The position numbers were made by a program, and so were the translations under genes. A stretch of 64,000 nucleotides of DNA from an uncultured delta proteobacterium (GTDB lineage Bacteria > Myxococcota_A > Polyangia > Haliangiales > Haliangiaceae), in contig CAVZFC010000035.1 in NCBI GenBank assembly GCA_963774445.1, positions 133,470 to 197,469 of the forward strand, given 5' to 3'. This document shows positions 34,195 to 44,341 of the stretch, one piece after another. Under the pieces are notes generated by a model that saw only the letters and a list, made by a program, of their open reading frames with translations, was not told where the DNA came from and did not search any database. Position 1 is the stretch's first letter; every line of letters begins with the position of its first letter.

Positions 34195-37100
34195 CGCGAA
34201 CAGCCGCGGCGGGTTGACCACCCCCTCTGCGCGAGCCCACCCGTCGTCGTCGTCACCAGCGCCCAGCGCTGCCAGGCGATGGCGACAGGCGGCGGCCATC
34301 GGTCGCGCGCCCAGCGCGTCGAAGCGGGCGGCGGCGTCGCGCAGTCCGGCGACGGCGCGCTGTCGGTCGTCGGCCAGGGCGGCGAGCTGCGCGCGCGCGA
34401 CGGCGCCGAAGTAGGGGATGCCGGTGCGCTCGAGGCGGGTTGCCGCGCGGCGCGCCCGGGCTCGGTCGCCTGACAGGATCGCCGCGCGCGCCTCCAGCCC
34501 GGCGACCTCGCCGACGATCCACGGCATGCGGTGGAACATCAGCTGGCGCAGCCGCGGCCGGGTCTCGTCCAGGCGGCGCAGGGCACCGGCGCCGTCGCCC
34601 AGGTACAGGTCGACCAGGATGCGCGAGAAGGCGTGGAGGTAGTGGCCGGTGCTGTACGGCCGCTCCGGCCAGCCGTCCAGCGCCGGGTCGAGGCCGCGGG
34701 TCGCCTCTTCCGGCGCGTCGGCGCGCAGGTGGACCGCCGTTGAACGGGATGCAGCGGAAGAAGATGCCCGCGTACAGGTCGCGGCGCCGGCCGGCGATGT
34801 CCAGCGAGCGACGCGTGGTCTCGGCCAGCCGGTGGTAGTCGCCGGCCAGCCGTTGCGCCAGGGCGAGGAAGTAGCGCGCCGTGACCCGCTCCCACTCGGC
34901 GTCTTCGGCAACGCCGGTCAGCGACGCTTCGGCCTGTTCCAGTGACGCGGTCGCCCGGGCGGGGCGTCCCGCGAACAGCTGGCCGCCGCCCTCGGCCATG
35001 AGCACCAGGCCGCGGAGGAATCGATCGTTGCGCTGGTCGGCCCGCTCGAGCAGGCCGTGCGCCAGCGCGAGACCGCGGCGCGAGCGCTTGCCACCGACGG
35101 CGATCAGGTAGGCGACCTCGATGGCCAGCGCCCGCGCGACCCGGCGCTCCTCGCCGACGTCGAGGGCGGCGAGAAGGTGGCGGGTCTGCAGGGCGGCGCC
35201 GCGCAGATGGTCGACCATGCCCAGCGCGGCCGACGCGGCGTACATGGTGTCGAGGCGGGCCAGGTCGCGCGGATCGATGTCGGCGCCCCGGCGGGGCCGA
35301 TAGTCGAGGCCGCGCAGCGCCAGCCGCGCGCGGCGGACCAGGAACGACAGCATCGCGCCCCGGCGGGTGCGGGCGACCGGCGCTCCGAGCTGCGCCAGCA
35401 CGCGCGACAGCTTGGCCCTCCCTTCGTCAACGTGACCGCTGCGCAGCAGGTTGTCGGCGGCGCTGCGCTCGAGCTCCAGCGCGAGGTCACCGCCGGCCAT
35501 CCGGGCGGCCCGCTCGTACACCTGCGCGGCGTCGTAGCAGCGCCCGGCCAGGACCATCGCCTCGCCCAGGCGGCGCAGCCCGCCCACGCGGTCGCTGCCG
35601 TCGGGGCGGTGCGCGGCTTCGAGATCGGTGGCGGCTTCCAACAGCTCGGCGGCGTGCTCGAAGGCCAGCTTCTCGCTGGCGAGCTCGGCCGCCCGGCGCA
35701 GGTAGGTGATCGCCTCGCGCAGCTCGCCGGCGGCGAGCCAGTGGCGGGCGAGGTTCTCCGGCGTCGCTTCGGGCCAGCGCTCCAGCGCCTCGGCGAGCTG
35801 CCGGTGCGCGGTCCGGCGGCAATCGAGGCGCAGCTCGCGCACGACCACGTCGCGCAGGCGGTCGTGGTTGCACATCAGCCACGGCTCGCGATCGCTGCGC
35901 GCAACCCGGGCGAGGAAGTCGACCCGCAGCTCGGCCACGGCGCGCTCGGTGTCGTCGGCGCCCAGCTCGGCGGCGTCGGCCAGGACGTTCAGGGGCAGCG
36001 GCTCGCCCGCCAGGGCCATCACCTCGAGCGCCCGGCGGGCGCCGTCGGGGAGCAGGGCGACGCGGCGCGCGAGCACGTCGTCGAGCGCCAGGTCGCCCGG
36101 CGAGCCGGTCTGGCCATCCGCCTGCTGCAGGTAGCGCAACAGCTCGACCAGGAACAGCGGGCGCTCGGCCAGCTCGGTGAACAGCTCGTCGCCCAGCGAC
36201 GCCACCGGGCCGCGGCCGCCGCCGAGGCGCTCGACCAGCTCTCGCTGCTCGGCGATCGACAGCGGCCCCAGCGCCAGCTGTCGCAGGTCGGCGTCGGCGC
36301 CCAGCTGGTCGACGACCCGGCGGAGCGACGAGTCCGACGCCAGGTTCTCCGAGCGCACCGCGGTCAGGAACAACATCCGGTGGGCGCTGGTGCTGTGCAG
36401 GAGCTCGACCAGAACCTCGAGGCTGTCGCGGTCGGCCCACTGCAGATCGTCGATGAACAACACCACCGGGCGCACACCGCCCAGCGCGTGGAGCAGGGCG
36501 GTCAGGGCGGCAACGGCGCGGGCGCGCTCCTGGTGCGGATCGGCGGGCGCGCTGTCGCCGTCGGCGCGCAGCTGCGGCACCCGCCGGAGCACGGGAAACA
36601 AGCGGGCCAGCGCGACGGCGCCGTCGGGAATCAGCTGGGCGCGCAGGGCGTCGGGCAGCGACACCAGCACCGCGGCGAGATCGTCGATGACGCCGTCGAA
36701 CGCTTTGTACGCCAGGCTCTCGCGCTCGTGGCAGCGGCCGGTGAGGATGAACGGTCGCGTCGCGCCAGCGTGGTGGTCGAGCTCGTCGAGGAACCGGCGG
36801 GCCAGCGCCGACTTGCCCATGCCCGACTCGCCCTCGATGACGTACGACAGCGCGCGCCCGCGGCTGGTGAGATCGAAGCCGCTGCGCAGCGCAGCCAGCT
36901 CCTGCTCGCGGCCGACGAAGACCGGCGCGATTGCGCTGTCGACCGTCGGCTCGGCGGGCTGCGCGCCCAGCTGCTCGAGCACTTCCTCACCGGATGGCCG
37001 GCGGTGAGGGCGCCGGCGGAGCAGCCTCGCGCACAGCTGGTCGAGGTCGTCCGGGATGCCCGCGACCAGCGCGCTGGGCGGCGGGGGCTCGGCGCGCTGC

Positions 37101-37903
37101 TTGGCGTCGAGGATCTCCTTGCGCGTGCCGCGGAACGGCAGCCGCCCGGTGAGGGCGAGGAACAGCATGGTGCCCAGGGCGTACCAGTCGGCGGCCGCGG
37201 TCGGGCTGTCGCCCAGCGCCTGCTCGGGCGCCATGTACGGCGGCGTGCCGACCGCGCCTGTGGCTCCGTGCCGCGTGGCTCGCCGGTCGGCGACGATGCC
37301 GAAGTCCATCAGCACCACGCGCCCCTCGGGGGTGACGCGCACGTTGGACGGCTTGAGATCGCGGTGGACCAGGCCGGCTTCGTGCAGCGCGTGCAGCGCC
37401 CCGGCCAGCTGGACCAGCACGTTGCGCAGCCGGCCGAGGTCGACCATGGCGTGGACCGATGGCTGCATCCCCGGCTGCGGAGCGACGGCGCCGGGCGCAG
37501 GCGGCTCCGGGGCGTCGGTCATGTCGGCGGTGTGGGTGTCGGTATTCACGGTTCCCGCGGGCCCGGGCGAGTCGCCGGGGCGCGGAGCCGGCGGCAAATC
37601 CGGCGCCCGGCCGCCGCGAACGTGCTCGATGAAGCTGTCGCCGGGGACCAGCTCCATGGTGAAGAACCAGTCGTCCCCCTCGGCAAACAGCTCGTACAGG
37701 CCGACGATGTTCGGGTGGGCCAGGTCCGAGGCGGCGCGAAACTCCTGCTTGAACCGCATCAGGCCAATCGGATCGACGTCGCGCAGCGCCTTGAGCGCCA
37801 CCCGCATCTCCCGGGCCCGGTCCTCGGCTTCGTAGACCACGCCCATCCCGCCTTCACCGAGCTTGCCCACGACTCGGAACCGATCCGACCCCTCGAACGC
37901 CAT
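34168..37903 (-). CDS. Ser/Thr protein kinase fused to an AAA/STAND-type P-loop ATPase and TPR-like repeats. There is an apparent frameshift near 34745.
   Basis: Kinase motifs GKLGEGGMGVVYEA, HRDLKPSNVRV, MDFGIVA, GTPPYMAPEQ. Walker A YVIEGESGMGKSALARRF. The C-terminal ~190 aa continue in ORF 34168..34911 after ..IPFNGG / VHLRADAPEE. The start may be at 37960 rather than 37903. Confidence 0.75.
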
Positions 37904-37971
37904 CGCCTCGCCACCTGCAGTGATAGCACCGTCTGCCGCTCGCCGGGGCTGTGCTATCATCTCTCGTTACG

Positions 37972-39156
37972 ATGAGCGCGGGAGATCGGGAGGATACCCA
38001 ACCTGTGCTCGGCGCCGACTCTGACGAGCAGCGGCCCGCCGAAGCGCCTGCCCCCGGACCCACGCCCCGCCGCCGGGCCGAGCCCCGGGTCGCCGCGGCA
38101 TTCAAGGTCGCGTTCGAGACCGTGGACGAGCTGGTCGAGGCCTACACCGTTGACGTCAGCCGTGGCGGACTGTTCGTTCGCACCGAGCGGTTCCTGCCCA
38201 TGGGTGCGGTGGTGCGCCTGCACCTGCGCATGCCGGAAGAGGATCGCGAGCTGCTCGCCGTCGCCCGTGTCGCCTACGTCCTCGACAGCGAGGCGGCCAG
38301 GGGCCACGACCGACCCGCCGGCATGGGCATGCAGTTCCTCGACGTCGGCGGCTCGCCGATCGCCGACGACATCGCCCGCTTCGTCGCCGAGGTCTCGCCC
38401 GAAGTCCAGTTGCCGCCGTCGCCGGCCGGGCAGTCGGCCCGGGTGCTGGTGGTCGACGACGACACCTGGCACCGCGAGCGCGCGGCGGCGGTCATGCGCG
38501 ACAGCGGCTACACCGTGGTCACCGCCGACAACGGCGTGCAGGCGCTGCAGGAGGCCATGCAGCAGGCGCCCGACGTGATCCTGTCCGACGTGCAGATGCC
38601 GGTGCTCGACGGCTGGCAGCTGGTGCGCATGCTGCGCGCGCGGCCGACGCTGGCGCACATCCCGGTCGTCTTCGTCACCTCGCTGTCCAGTGACGAGGAG
38701 CGCCTGCAGGGCTACCGCCTCGGCGTCAACGACTACATCGCCAAGCCGTTCGACGAGGACGAGCTGTCACTGCGGGTCCAGCGAGTGGTCACCCGCTCGC
38801 TCGCCTACCCGCGCGACACCACCACCACCAAGGCGCTGCGCGGCAGCCTGTCCCACGTCTCGCTGGCGACGCTGCTCGCCTTCGCCGAAGCCGAGCGCCG
38901 CACCGGCATCCTGCTCCTGGTCCGCACCGACGCCATCGCCACCATCTATCTCAGCGAGGGCGCCCCGGTGCGCGTCGATCTGCCGCCCGAGGCCGACGAG
39001 CTGCTCGCCGGCGAGCGCCTGCACTACCTGCTCGGCTGGACCGAGGGCCGCTTCGAGCTGGCCGACGCCGACGTCGCCGACGACGACACCCTCGGCGTCA
39101 CGACCTCGGCGGTCCTCCTCGAGCACGCCAAGCGCCAGCAAGAAAAACAGCGCTGA
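37972..39156 (+). CDS. PilZ domain, response-regulator receiver and DUF4388 (PATAN-like) protein.
   Basis: PilZ-like N-terminus AAFKVAFETVDELVEAYTVDVSRGGLFVRT. REC domain RVLVVDDD ... VILSDVQMPVLDGW ... YIAKPF. DUF4388-like C-terminus LSHVSLATLLAFAEAERRTGILLL. An alternative GTG start lies at 37951. Confidence 0.7.
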   Translation: MSAGDREDTQPVLGADSDEQRPAEAPAPGPTPRRRAEPRVAAAFKVAFETVDELVEAYTVDVSRGGLFVRTERFLPMGAVVRLHLRMPEEDRELLAVARVAYVLDSEAARGHDRPAGMGMQFLDVGGSPIADDIARFVAEVSPEVQLPPSPAGQSARVLVVDDDTWHRERAAAVMRDSGYTVVTADNGVQALQEAMQQAPDVILSDVQMPVLDGWQLVRMLRARPTLAHIPVVFVTSLSSDEERLQGYRLGVNDYIAKPFDEDELSLRVQRVVTRSLAYPRDTTTTKALRGSLSHVSLATLLAFAEAERRTGILLLVRTDAIATIYLSEGAPVRVDLPPEADELLAGERLHYLLGWTEGRFELADADVADDDTLGVTTSAVLLEHAKRQQEKQR

Positions 39157-39158
39157 CG

Positions 39159-39833
39159 TCAACTCTTCGCGATCGTCAGCAGCATCTCGATCGTCACATC
39201 GGTGCCGACCTGTTCGTCGGGATCCTGCGTGGGATCGTCTCCGATGCCGAAGTCGAGCCGGGTGAAGGTGTGCTCGCCTTTGATCCGAATGCTGTTGGCG
39301 CTGCGGTCGAGCAGGTCGAAGCTGACCGGATAGGTCTTGGTCACCCCGTGGGCCGTCACCGTTGCGTCGGCGCGGTAGGTCGCGCCCGCCTTCTTGTTGA
39401 CGTGGTCGATCACCACCGTGGCCGTTGCGAACTTGCCGACGTCGAGATAAGAGGGCGACTTCAAGTCGTCGTCCCGCTCGTCCGAGCCGCTGTGCAGACT
39501 CGACAGATCGATCTCTATCGTCGCCGTGCCGCCCTCGATCGTCTGCGGATCGAACGCGGCTTTGACGACCCGGAACCTGTCGAACTGGAGCCGCACCGGA
39601 TCGCTCGGCTTCGGATGGTCGTGATGCGCGAGCACGACGATGTGGTCCGCGTCGGTGTTGGGTTCGCTCGTCGTCGGCGGTGTGGCGTTGCTCGGGGCCG
39701 TGGCCGCAGGATCCGTGGTCGCCGGCGCCGCACGGTCCTCCACTTTCTTGCAGGCGGGCACGGGGGCGAGGGCGCAGGCCAGAGCGGCCGGGACGATGAG
39801 AAGGCGTCGGGTCATGAGAGGTCTCCGCGTCAT
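39159..39833 (-). CDS. YceI-like lipoprotein.
   Basis: Lipobox AALACALAPVPAC. YceI pattern IEIDLSSLHSGSDERDDDLKSPSYLDVGKFATA...VTAHGVTKTYPVSF. Confidence 0.75.
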   Translation of the reverse strand: MTRRPLMTRRLLIVPAALACALAPVPACKKVEDRAAPATTDPAATAPSNATPPTTSEPNTDADHIVVLAHHDHPKPSDPVRLQFDRFRVVKAAFDPQTIEGGTATIEIDLSSLHSGSDERDDDLKSPSYLDVGKFATATVVIDHVNKKAGATYRADATVTAHGVTKTYPVSFDLLDRSANSIRIKGEHTFTRLDFGIGDDPTQDPDEQVGTDVTIEMLLTIAKS

Positions 39834-40846
39834 GGTGGTGGATCGCCCGCGCGCTGCAACACGAGTGAGACGTGGACGGGAATGACCGGGCTGTCGAAGT
39901 CGCCCGCATCTGCCGCCAGCGCGGTCTCGCGAATCGGCAAGGCAAAGTCGGCCTGGACGAGTAGGACGTCGCCGGTGACTGCGAGCCGGGCGCCTGCAGC
40001 GGGATCGAGCTTCTTCACGGTTCCCGTGATTGAGACCCGGTGGGTTCTGCCCATCAGCGAAACCATTCCGGGTGCGCGAAACGCGATGGTTCCCGGTCCA
40101 TCGGCGCGCACGGCTGCCAAGCGATCGAATGTGACGCCGATGCGAGGATATTCCGCCGCGTGCAGGTAGCCGTCGCGGGCGTGTCTCGTGCGCTTGCCTA
40201 CGCCGGTGTCCACCGACGCGGCGGCGACGCTGATGTCGCCGCGCATGGACCTCTCCAGCTCGCGCGGCGATCCGCGCCAGAAGCCGGAAATGTCACTGAA
40301 CCGGGCGTCGAACGTTTCGCCGCCGGCGGACAGCCGCGCCGTCACCGCGGTTCCCGGGTGGCTCACCACGACGTAGCGCCCCGGCGGTGCGTCGAATGCG
40401 CCTTCGACACCGTCTTCGAGGAGGACGGTCGCACTGGCGGGCAGCGTGTCGCGCGCGCGCAGCGGCTCCGCGCCGCTGGCAAACGCCGCGGCGGGAACCG
40501 CGAGGGAAACCGAAGCAAAGCCCCACGCGGTGAGCCGCAAATAGCGGAGTCGCGCTGCGCGCGCATTCTCCAGCCGCCGAGTGACGACCCCGAGCCCGGC
40601 GAGTGCGATCGCCAGCGCGGCGATCACCGCGCACACGTCCAGCCCCAGCCACAGCGGATGCTGCGGGCTGACCCGCCAGCTCAGGTCGGGATCGGGAACG
40701 TAGAAGCGCTTGGAAAGCGCGGTGTAGACGTTGCCCGAGCCCTGCAGGTACCAGCGGAACAGCGACGCGCCCAGTGCGACCGCCACGACAGCGGGCGGCG
40801 CGAAGGGCGAGCATTTCCGAAGGCTTTGGCTCAGTGACTCCGACAA
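39830..40846 (-). CDS. Membrane protein with a C-terminal YceI-like domain.
   Basis: N-terminal TM helices, then ISVAAASVDTGVGKRTRHARDGYLHAAEYPRIGVTF. Overlaps the downstream YceI-like gene as ATGA. The start is uncertain: the track start is a TTG at 40846, and internal GTGs are possible. Confidence 0.6.
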   Translation of the reverse strand: MSESLSQSLRKCSPFAPPAVVAVALGASLFRWYLQGSGNVYTALSKRFYVPDPDLSWRVSPQHPLWLGLDVCAVIAALAIALAGLGVVTRRLENARAARLRYLRLTAWGFASVSLAVPAAAFASGAEPLRARDTLPASATVLLEDGVEGAFDAPPGRYVVVSHPGTAVTARLSAGGETFDARFSDISGFWRGSPRELERSMRGDISVAAASVDTGVGKRTRHARDGYLHAAEYPRIGVTFDRLAAVRADGPGTIAFRAPGMVSLMGRTHRVSITGTVKKLDPAAGARLAVTGDVLLVQADFALPIRETALAADAGDFDSPVIPVHVSLVLQRAGDPPP

Positions 40847-40854
40847 GCCTCGTA

Positions 40855-40882
40855 ATGCTACTACAAATGTAGTTTAGGTCAA
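40855..40882 (-). promoter_or_regulatory. Sigma70-like promoter (TTGACC-16-TAGCAT on the minus strand) with the palindrome CTACA-aa-TGTAG inside the spacer, upstream of the YceI-like pair.
   Basis: ggtcaa (rc TTGACC) at 40877-40882, atgcta (rc TAGCAT) at 40855-40860, palindrome at 40861-40872. Confidence 0.3.
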
Positions 40883-40913
40883 GACCGCCTGCCCCACCAG
40901 CACAGTCCTCGGC

Positions 40914-41738
40914 CTACTGTCCGAGCTGGCGCTGGTATTCGTCCCACAGGACCGACATCGAGTGGGTCGGCTGGCCGTACGGGCTGCCCGGCAGCGACGC
41001 CCACTCGCGGTTCAGGTGGTGGATGGCATCGCTGAACTCGGCGTAGGTGTCGATGCCGTCCAGATCGTAGACCCCGCGCCCGCGGATCAGCTGCAGCGCT
41101 GCCAGATCCTGACTGGCCGGCGTGAAGTCGGGCAGGTCGAGCTTGTCGCGCACGCCGTCCCAGGTGGTCAACAGAAACTGGTAGCGACCGGCCGCGTCCG
41201 AGCAGTAGCTGCCGCTGCAGACCCGTCGCCGCGGATGATCGGAAAAATCGGTGAACGTCCGGTAGCCGAAGATCAGATCGTAGCGGTCGTTGGTGCCTTC
41301 GGAGTAGGCGATGGTGCCGAGGAAGGCGCACTGCCGCGCCGAGATGTCGGCGGCGCAGTTGCCGCCCAGCGGCAGGCTCGAGTCCGCCACGTGGGCGGTG
41401 AAGACATAGCCCTGGCTGAAGTCGCAGCCGGGCAGCATCTGCCGGGTGTTGACCAGCAGGTGATCGCCCACCGCCTCGGGCTCGGCCTGCAGCTCGACAT
41501 AGCTGCCCGCGGCCAGCTGGCACTTCTCGCTGCCGGGCTCGAGATCGGCGGACTGATCCGTCGTCTTCTTCAGCCACGTGTCCTGGTCGCCGATGACGAT
41601 GAACGGATAGGGCGAGTCACCTTTGCCGCCGCTGCCGACTCCCGGCACCGGCAGATCCGACCCGGCATCCGCCGGCGCGGCCACGCAGCCGCCCGCGAGC
41701 GCCATCGAGAGAACCAGAAACAACCAACGAGTCGACAA
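40914..41738 (-). CDS. Lambda R-type lysozyme (GH104 lytic transglycosylase) encoded as a lipoprotein with an extra ~110-aa N-terminal domain.
   Basis: TIAYSEGTNDRYDLIFGYRTFTDFSDHPRRR...SDAAGRYQFLLTTWDG...DFTPASQDLAALQLIRGRG...REWASLPGSPYGQ is nearly collinear with the phage lambda R endolysin (AWSEGT...GAGRYQLLSRWWD...DFSPKSQDAVALQQIKERG...IWASLPGAGYGQ). TTG start at 41738, preceded by AAGGAAGG, gives the signal peptide MSTRWLFLVLSMALAGGC. Confidence 0.8.
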   Translation of the reverse strand: MSTRWLFLVLSMALAGGCVAAPADAGSDLPVPGVGSGGKGDSPYPFIVIGDQDTWLKKTTDQSADLEPGSEKCQLAAGSYVELQAEPEAVGDHLLVNTRQMLPGCDFSQGYVFTAHVADSSLPLGGNCAADISARQCAFLGTIAYSEGTNDRYDLIFGYRTFTDFSDHPRRRVCSGSYCSDAAGRYQFLLTTWDGVRDKLDLPDFTPASQDLAALQLIRGRGVYDLDGIDTYAEFSDAIHHLNREWASLPGSPYGQPTHSMSVLWDEYQRQLGQ

Positions 41739-41924
41739 CGAAGCCTTCCTTTCGCCCGGCAGCGGGCGAACATCGCAAGCTCCGTTCCACGATCCGCGGA
41801 CCAGATTCCGCGCACTTCCGTGCGCCAAACCCCCGGCAACTCGAATGGCCAGGTGAGGAGACTCCCCTCAGGGCATGCGCCCCCAACGCCACGTGAGCTC
41901 GCGCTGCGCAGGGTGACGGTGGGC

Positions 41925-41969
41925 GCCCTTCGACTGCGGCCGCGCTGGGCGCGGCCGCAGTCGAAGGGC
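41925..41969. terminator. Perfect 21-bp-stem hairpin (gcccttcgactgcggccgcgc-tgg-gcgcggccgcagtcgaagggc) 40 nt downstream of the ABC-exporter operon. Likely a bidirectional terminator and a copy of the cccttcgac repeat family.
   Basis: Exact inverted repeat read from the sequence. It shares the cagggtgacgg / cccttcgactg / ggccgcgc motifs with the repeat cluster at 55379-55740. Confidence 0.55.
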
Positions 41970-42009
41970 GAACGGGTGGGGAGGGTAGGAGCGGGGGAGG
42001 GGGCCGCTG

Positions 42010-43089
42010 CTAGTGCTTGGGCTTCTTGATCTTGGCGTTCTTGTCGATGCCGGACAGGACCTCGATCTTGATGCCGTCGGACAGGCCGGTCTTGATGTCG
42101 CGGCGCTCGAATTTTTGCGGCGCGGTCTCGACCTCGACGTACGGCTTGCCCTTGTCGAACTGCAGCAGGCTCTCGTCGATAGCCAGAACCTTCTCGCGGT
42201 GGTCCAGGACGATGTCGGCGTTGGCGCTGTAGTTGGCGCGGATGAAGACATTTTCCGGGACCTTGATGTTGGCCTTGATCTCGAACTGGATGGCCCCGTC
42301 CTGGAGCACGCCCTTGGGCGAGATGTACTCGAGCTTGCCCTTGAACGTCTGCTTCTCCAGCGCGCCGATGTGGATCACCAGATCCATCCCTTCCTTGATC
42401 TTGCCGACCTCGGATTCGTCAACGTTGCCCTGGAAGATCATGTCGTTCATGTTGGCGATCGAGGCGACGGTGGTGCCGGCGTTGAAGGTGTTGGACTCGA
42501 TGACCGACTCGCCCTGCTCGACCGGGACCGCCAGGACCATGCCCTTGACGGTGGAGCGGACCTGGGTGTTGGCCCGGCCGTTGCCGCGGGCGGCGCCTTC
42601 CTTGACCAGCTGGAGGTTGGACCGGGCCGCGTCGTATTCTTGCTTCCTGAGCTGGTAGTCGAACCGGAACTTGGTCAGCTCGACGTCGGAAATGACCTTC
42701 TGCTTGAACAGACCCTCGTGACGGTCGAGCTCCTGCTTGGCGTTGTCCAGGCTGATCCTGGCCTGCTTGAGGCTGGCTTCGGCGCGGTTCAGGGTGACCG
42801 AGTCGGGGATGATCTCGATCTCGGCGATCAGGTCGCCCTTTTCGATCGGGGTGCCCGGCTCGACGTCGAGCTTCTTGATGACGCCCGAGACGCGCGGCTT
42901 GATCTCGACCTCTTCGCGGGGAACGATGGCGCCGGTCGCGACCGTCTTGTTGACGATGTCGGTGATGGCCGGGCTGTCGGTCTCGTAGACCACCGGTTTG
43001 CTCTGCGACTTCTTGTACAGGAACAGGAGGGTCCAGGCGAAGGCGGCGACGATCGCCAGCCCGAGGACGATGGGGATTGCGCGTTTCAT
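42010..43089 (-). CDS. Efflux membrane fusion protein (HlyD/MacA family).
   Basis: N-terminal TM segment IVLGLAIVAAFAWTLLFL, a coiled-coil region, and beta-barrel motifs. It overlaps the upstream permease stop by 1 nt. Confidence 0.85.
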   Translation of the reverse strand: MKRAIPIVLGLAIVAAFAWTLLFLYKKSQSKPVVYETDSPAITDIVNKTVATGAIVPREEVEIKPRVSGVIKKLDVEPGTPIEKGDLIAEIEIIPDSVTLNRAEASLKQARISLDNAKQELDRHEGLFKQKVISDVELTKFRFDYQLRKQEYDAARSNLQLVKEGAARGNGRANTQVRSTVKGMVLAVPVEQGESVIESNTFNAGTTVASIANMNDMIFQGNVDESEVGKIKEGMDLVIHIGALEKQTFKGKLEYISPKGVLQDGAIQFEIKANIKVPENVFIRANYSANADIVLDHREKVLAIDESLLQFDKGKPYVEVETAPQKFERRDIKTGLSDGIKIEVLSGIDKNAKIKKPKH

Positions 43090-44339
43090 TATTCGGCCCT
43101 GAGTGCTTCCACGGGGTTGATGCGGGCGGCCTGGCGGGCGGGGAAGATTCCCGCGAGGCCACCGCTCACGATGAGGATCACGGCGCACAGGAGCGCCACG
43201 CTGATGTCGATCTGCGGGGCTGCGAAGACCGGGTTGTCCGGGATCAGCCAGCCGACCAGCGCCAGCAGCCCGACGCCGGCGATGATGCCCAGGTAGCCGG
43301 CCAGCGACGTCAGGACGATCGACTCCTGCACCACCAGCGTGATCACCGACCACGGGGTGGCACCCATCGCCTTGCGGATGCCGATCTCCTTGGTCCGTTC
43401 CTTGACCGTGATCAGCATGATGTTGCTGACGCCGATCACGCCAGCCATCAGCGTCATGATGCCGACGATCCACATGAAGATCTTGATGCCGCGGAACAGC
43501 ATGACCATCTTCATGAACTCCTTGTGCGCGTTGAACGAGCCGATGGCGTGCTCGTCCTTGGGCGAGATCTTGTGCCGCTCGGCCAGGAGCGCCCGCACTC
43601 GCTTCTCGATGACCTCGCCCGAGACTCCCGGCTTGCCGGTCATGGCGAACCAGCCGACCTTGTTGCCGAAGTTGAAGGCCTGCTGAAAGGTGGTGAAGGG
43701 AATGTTGATGGTGGTCTCTTGCCGGTCGCCCATGTCGCCCTTGGCGCGCGCGCGGTAGACGCCGACGACCTGAAAGTAGACCCCCTGGACGCGGATGTAC
43801 TGGCCGACCGGGTCCTCTCCGCGCTCGAACAGCAGGTCGGCGACCTGCTTGCCGATGACCGCCACCTTGCGCCGCTGGGCGATGTCCAGGTCGTTGATGA
43901 AGCGGCCCTTCTCGAAGCGCACCGACTGGATGTTGATGATGTCGGGGTAGTCGCCCATCACCTGGAAGTTGCCGGTCTTGCTGCCGTGGGTGACGTTGTC
44001 GCCGTCGCGAAAGCCACCCAGCTGGTTGCGCGGCGCCAGGTACTGCAGACCGTCAACCTTGGCGCGCAGCGCGTTGACGTCGTCGTTGTCGTACTCGACG
44101 TGGCGCCCGGGCGGCAGGCCGGCGAACGGCAGCGACGTGCGCTGGCCCCAGACGAAGACCGAGTTGGTGGCGAAGCCGCGCATGTTGCTGGAGACGCCGC
44201 GCTGCAGCCCGTCGCCGAAGCCGAGCATCGCCAAGAGCATCAGCATGCCCCAGAAGACGCCGAAAACGGTCAGCGCGGTGCGCAGCCGGTTCTTGCGCGC
44301 GACCGCGATGATCTCCTGCCATTTGTCCCAGTCGAGCAC
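43089..44339 (-). CDS. ABC transporter permease (FtsX/MacB-like).
   Basis: N-terminal TM segment, a large periplasmic domain, and the FtsX C-terminal 3-TM region ..KERTKEIGIRKAMGATP.. Confidence 0.85.
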   Translation of the reverse strand: MLDWDKWQEIIAVARKNRLRTALTVFGVFWGMLMLLAMLGFGDGLQRGVSSNMRGFATNSVFVWGQRTSLPFAGLPPGRHVEYDNDDVNALRAKVDGLQYLAPRNQLGGFRDGDNVTHGSKTGNFQVMGDYPDIINIQSVRFEKGRFINDLDIAQRRKVAVIGKQVADLLFERGEDPVGQYIRVQGVYFQVVGVYRARAKGDMGDRQETTINIPFTTFQQAFNFGNKVGWFAMTGKPGVSGEVIEKRVRALLAERHKISPKDEHAIGSFNAHKEFMKMVMLFRGIKIFMWIVGIMTLMAGVIGVSNIMLITVKERTKEIGIRKAMGATPWSVITLVVQESIVLTSLAGYLGIIAGVGLLALVGWLIPDNPVFAAPQIDISVALLCAVILIVSGGLAGIFPARQAARINPVEALRAE

Positions 44340-44341
44340 GG

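Noticed and set aside
40914-41738. Lysozyme as part of an intact prophage
   Set aside because: No integrase, holin, terminase, capsid or tail genes appear within about 20 kb on either side. The neighbours are ordinary chromosomal genes (YceI, ABC exporter, kinase) and GC content is uniform. It is more likely a domesticated or standalone GH104 enzyme, which I keep as a finding.
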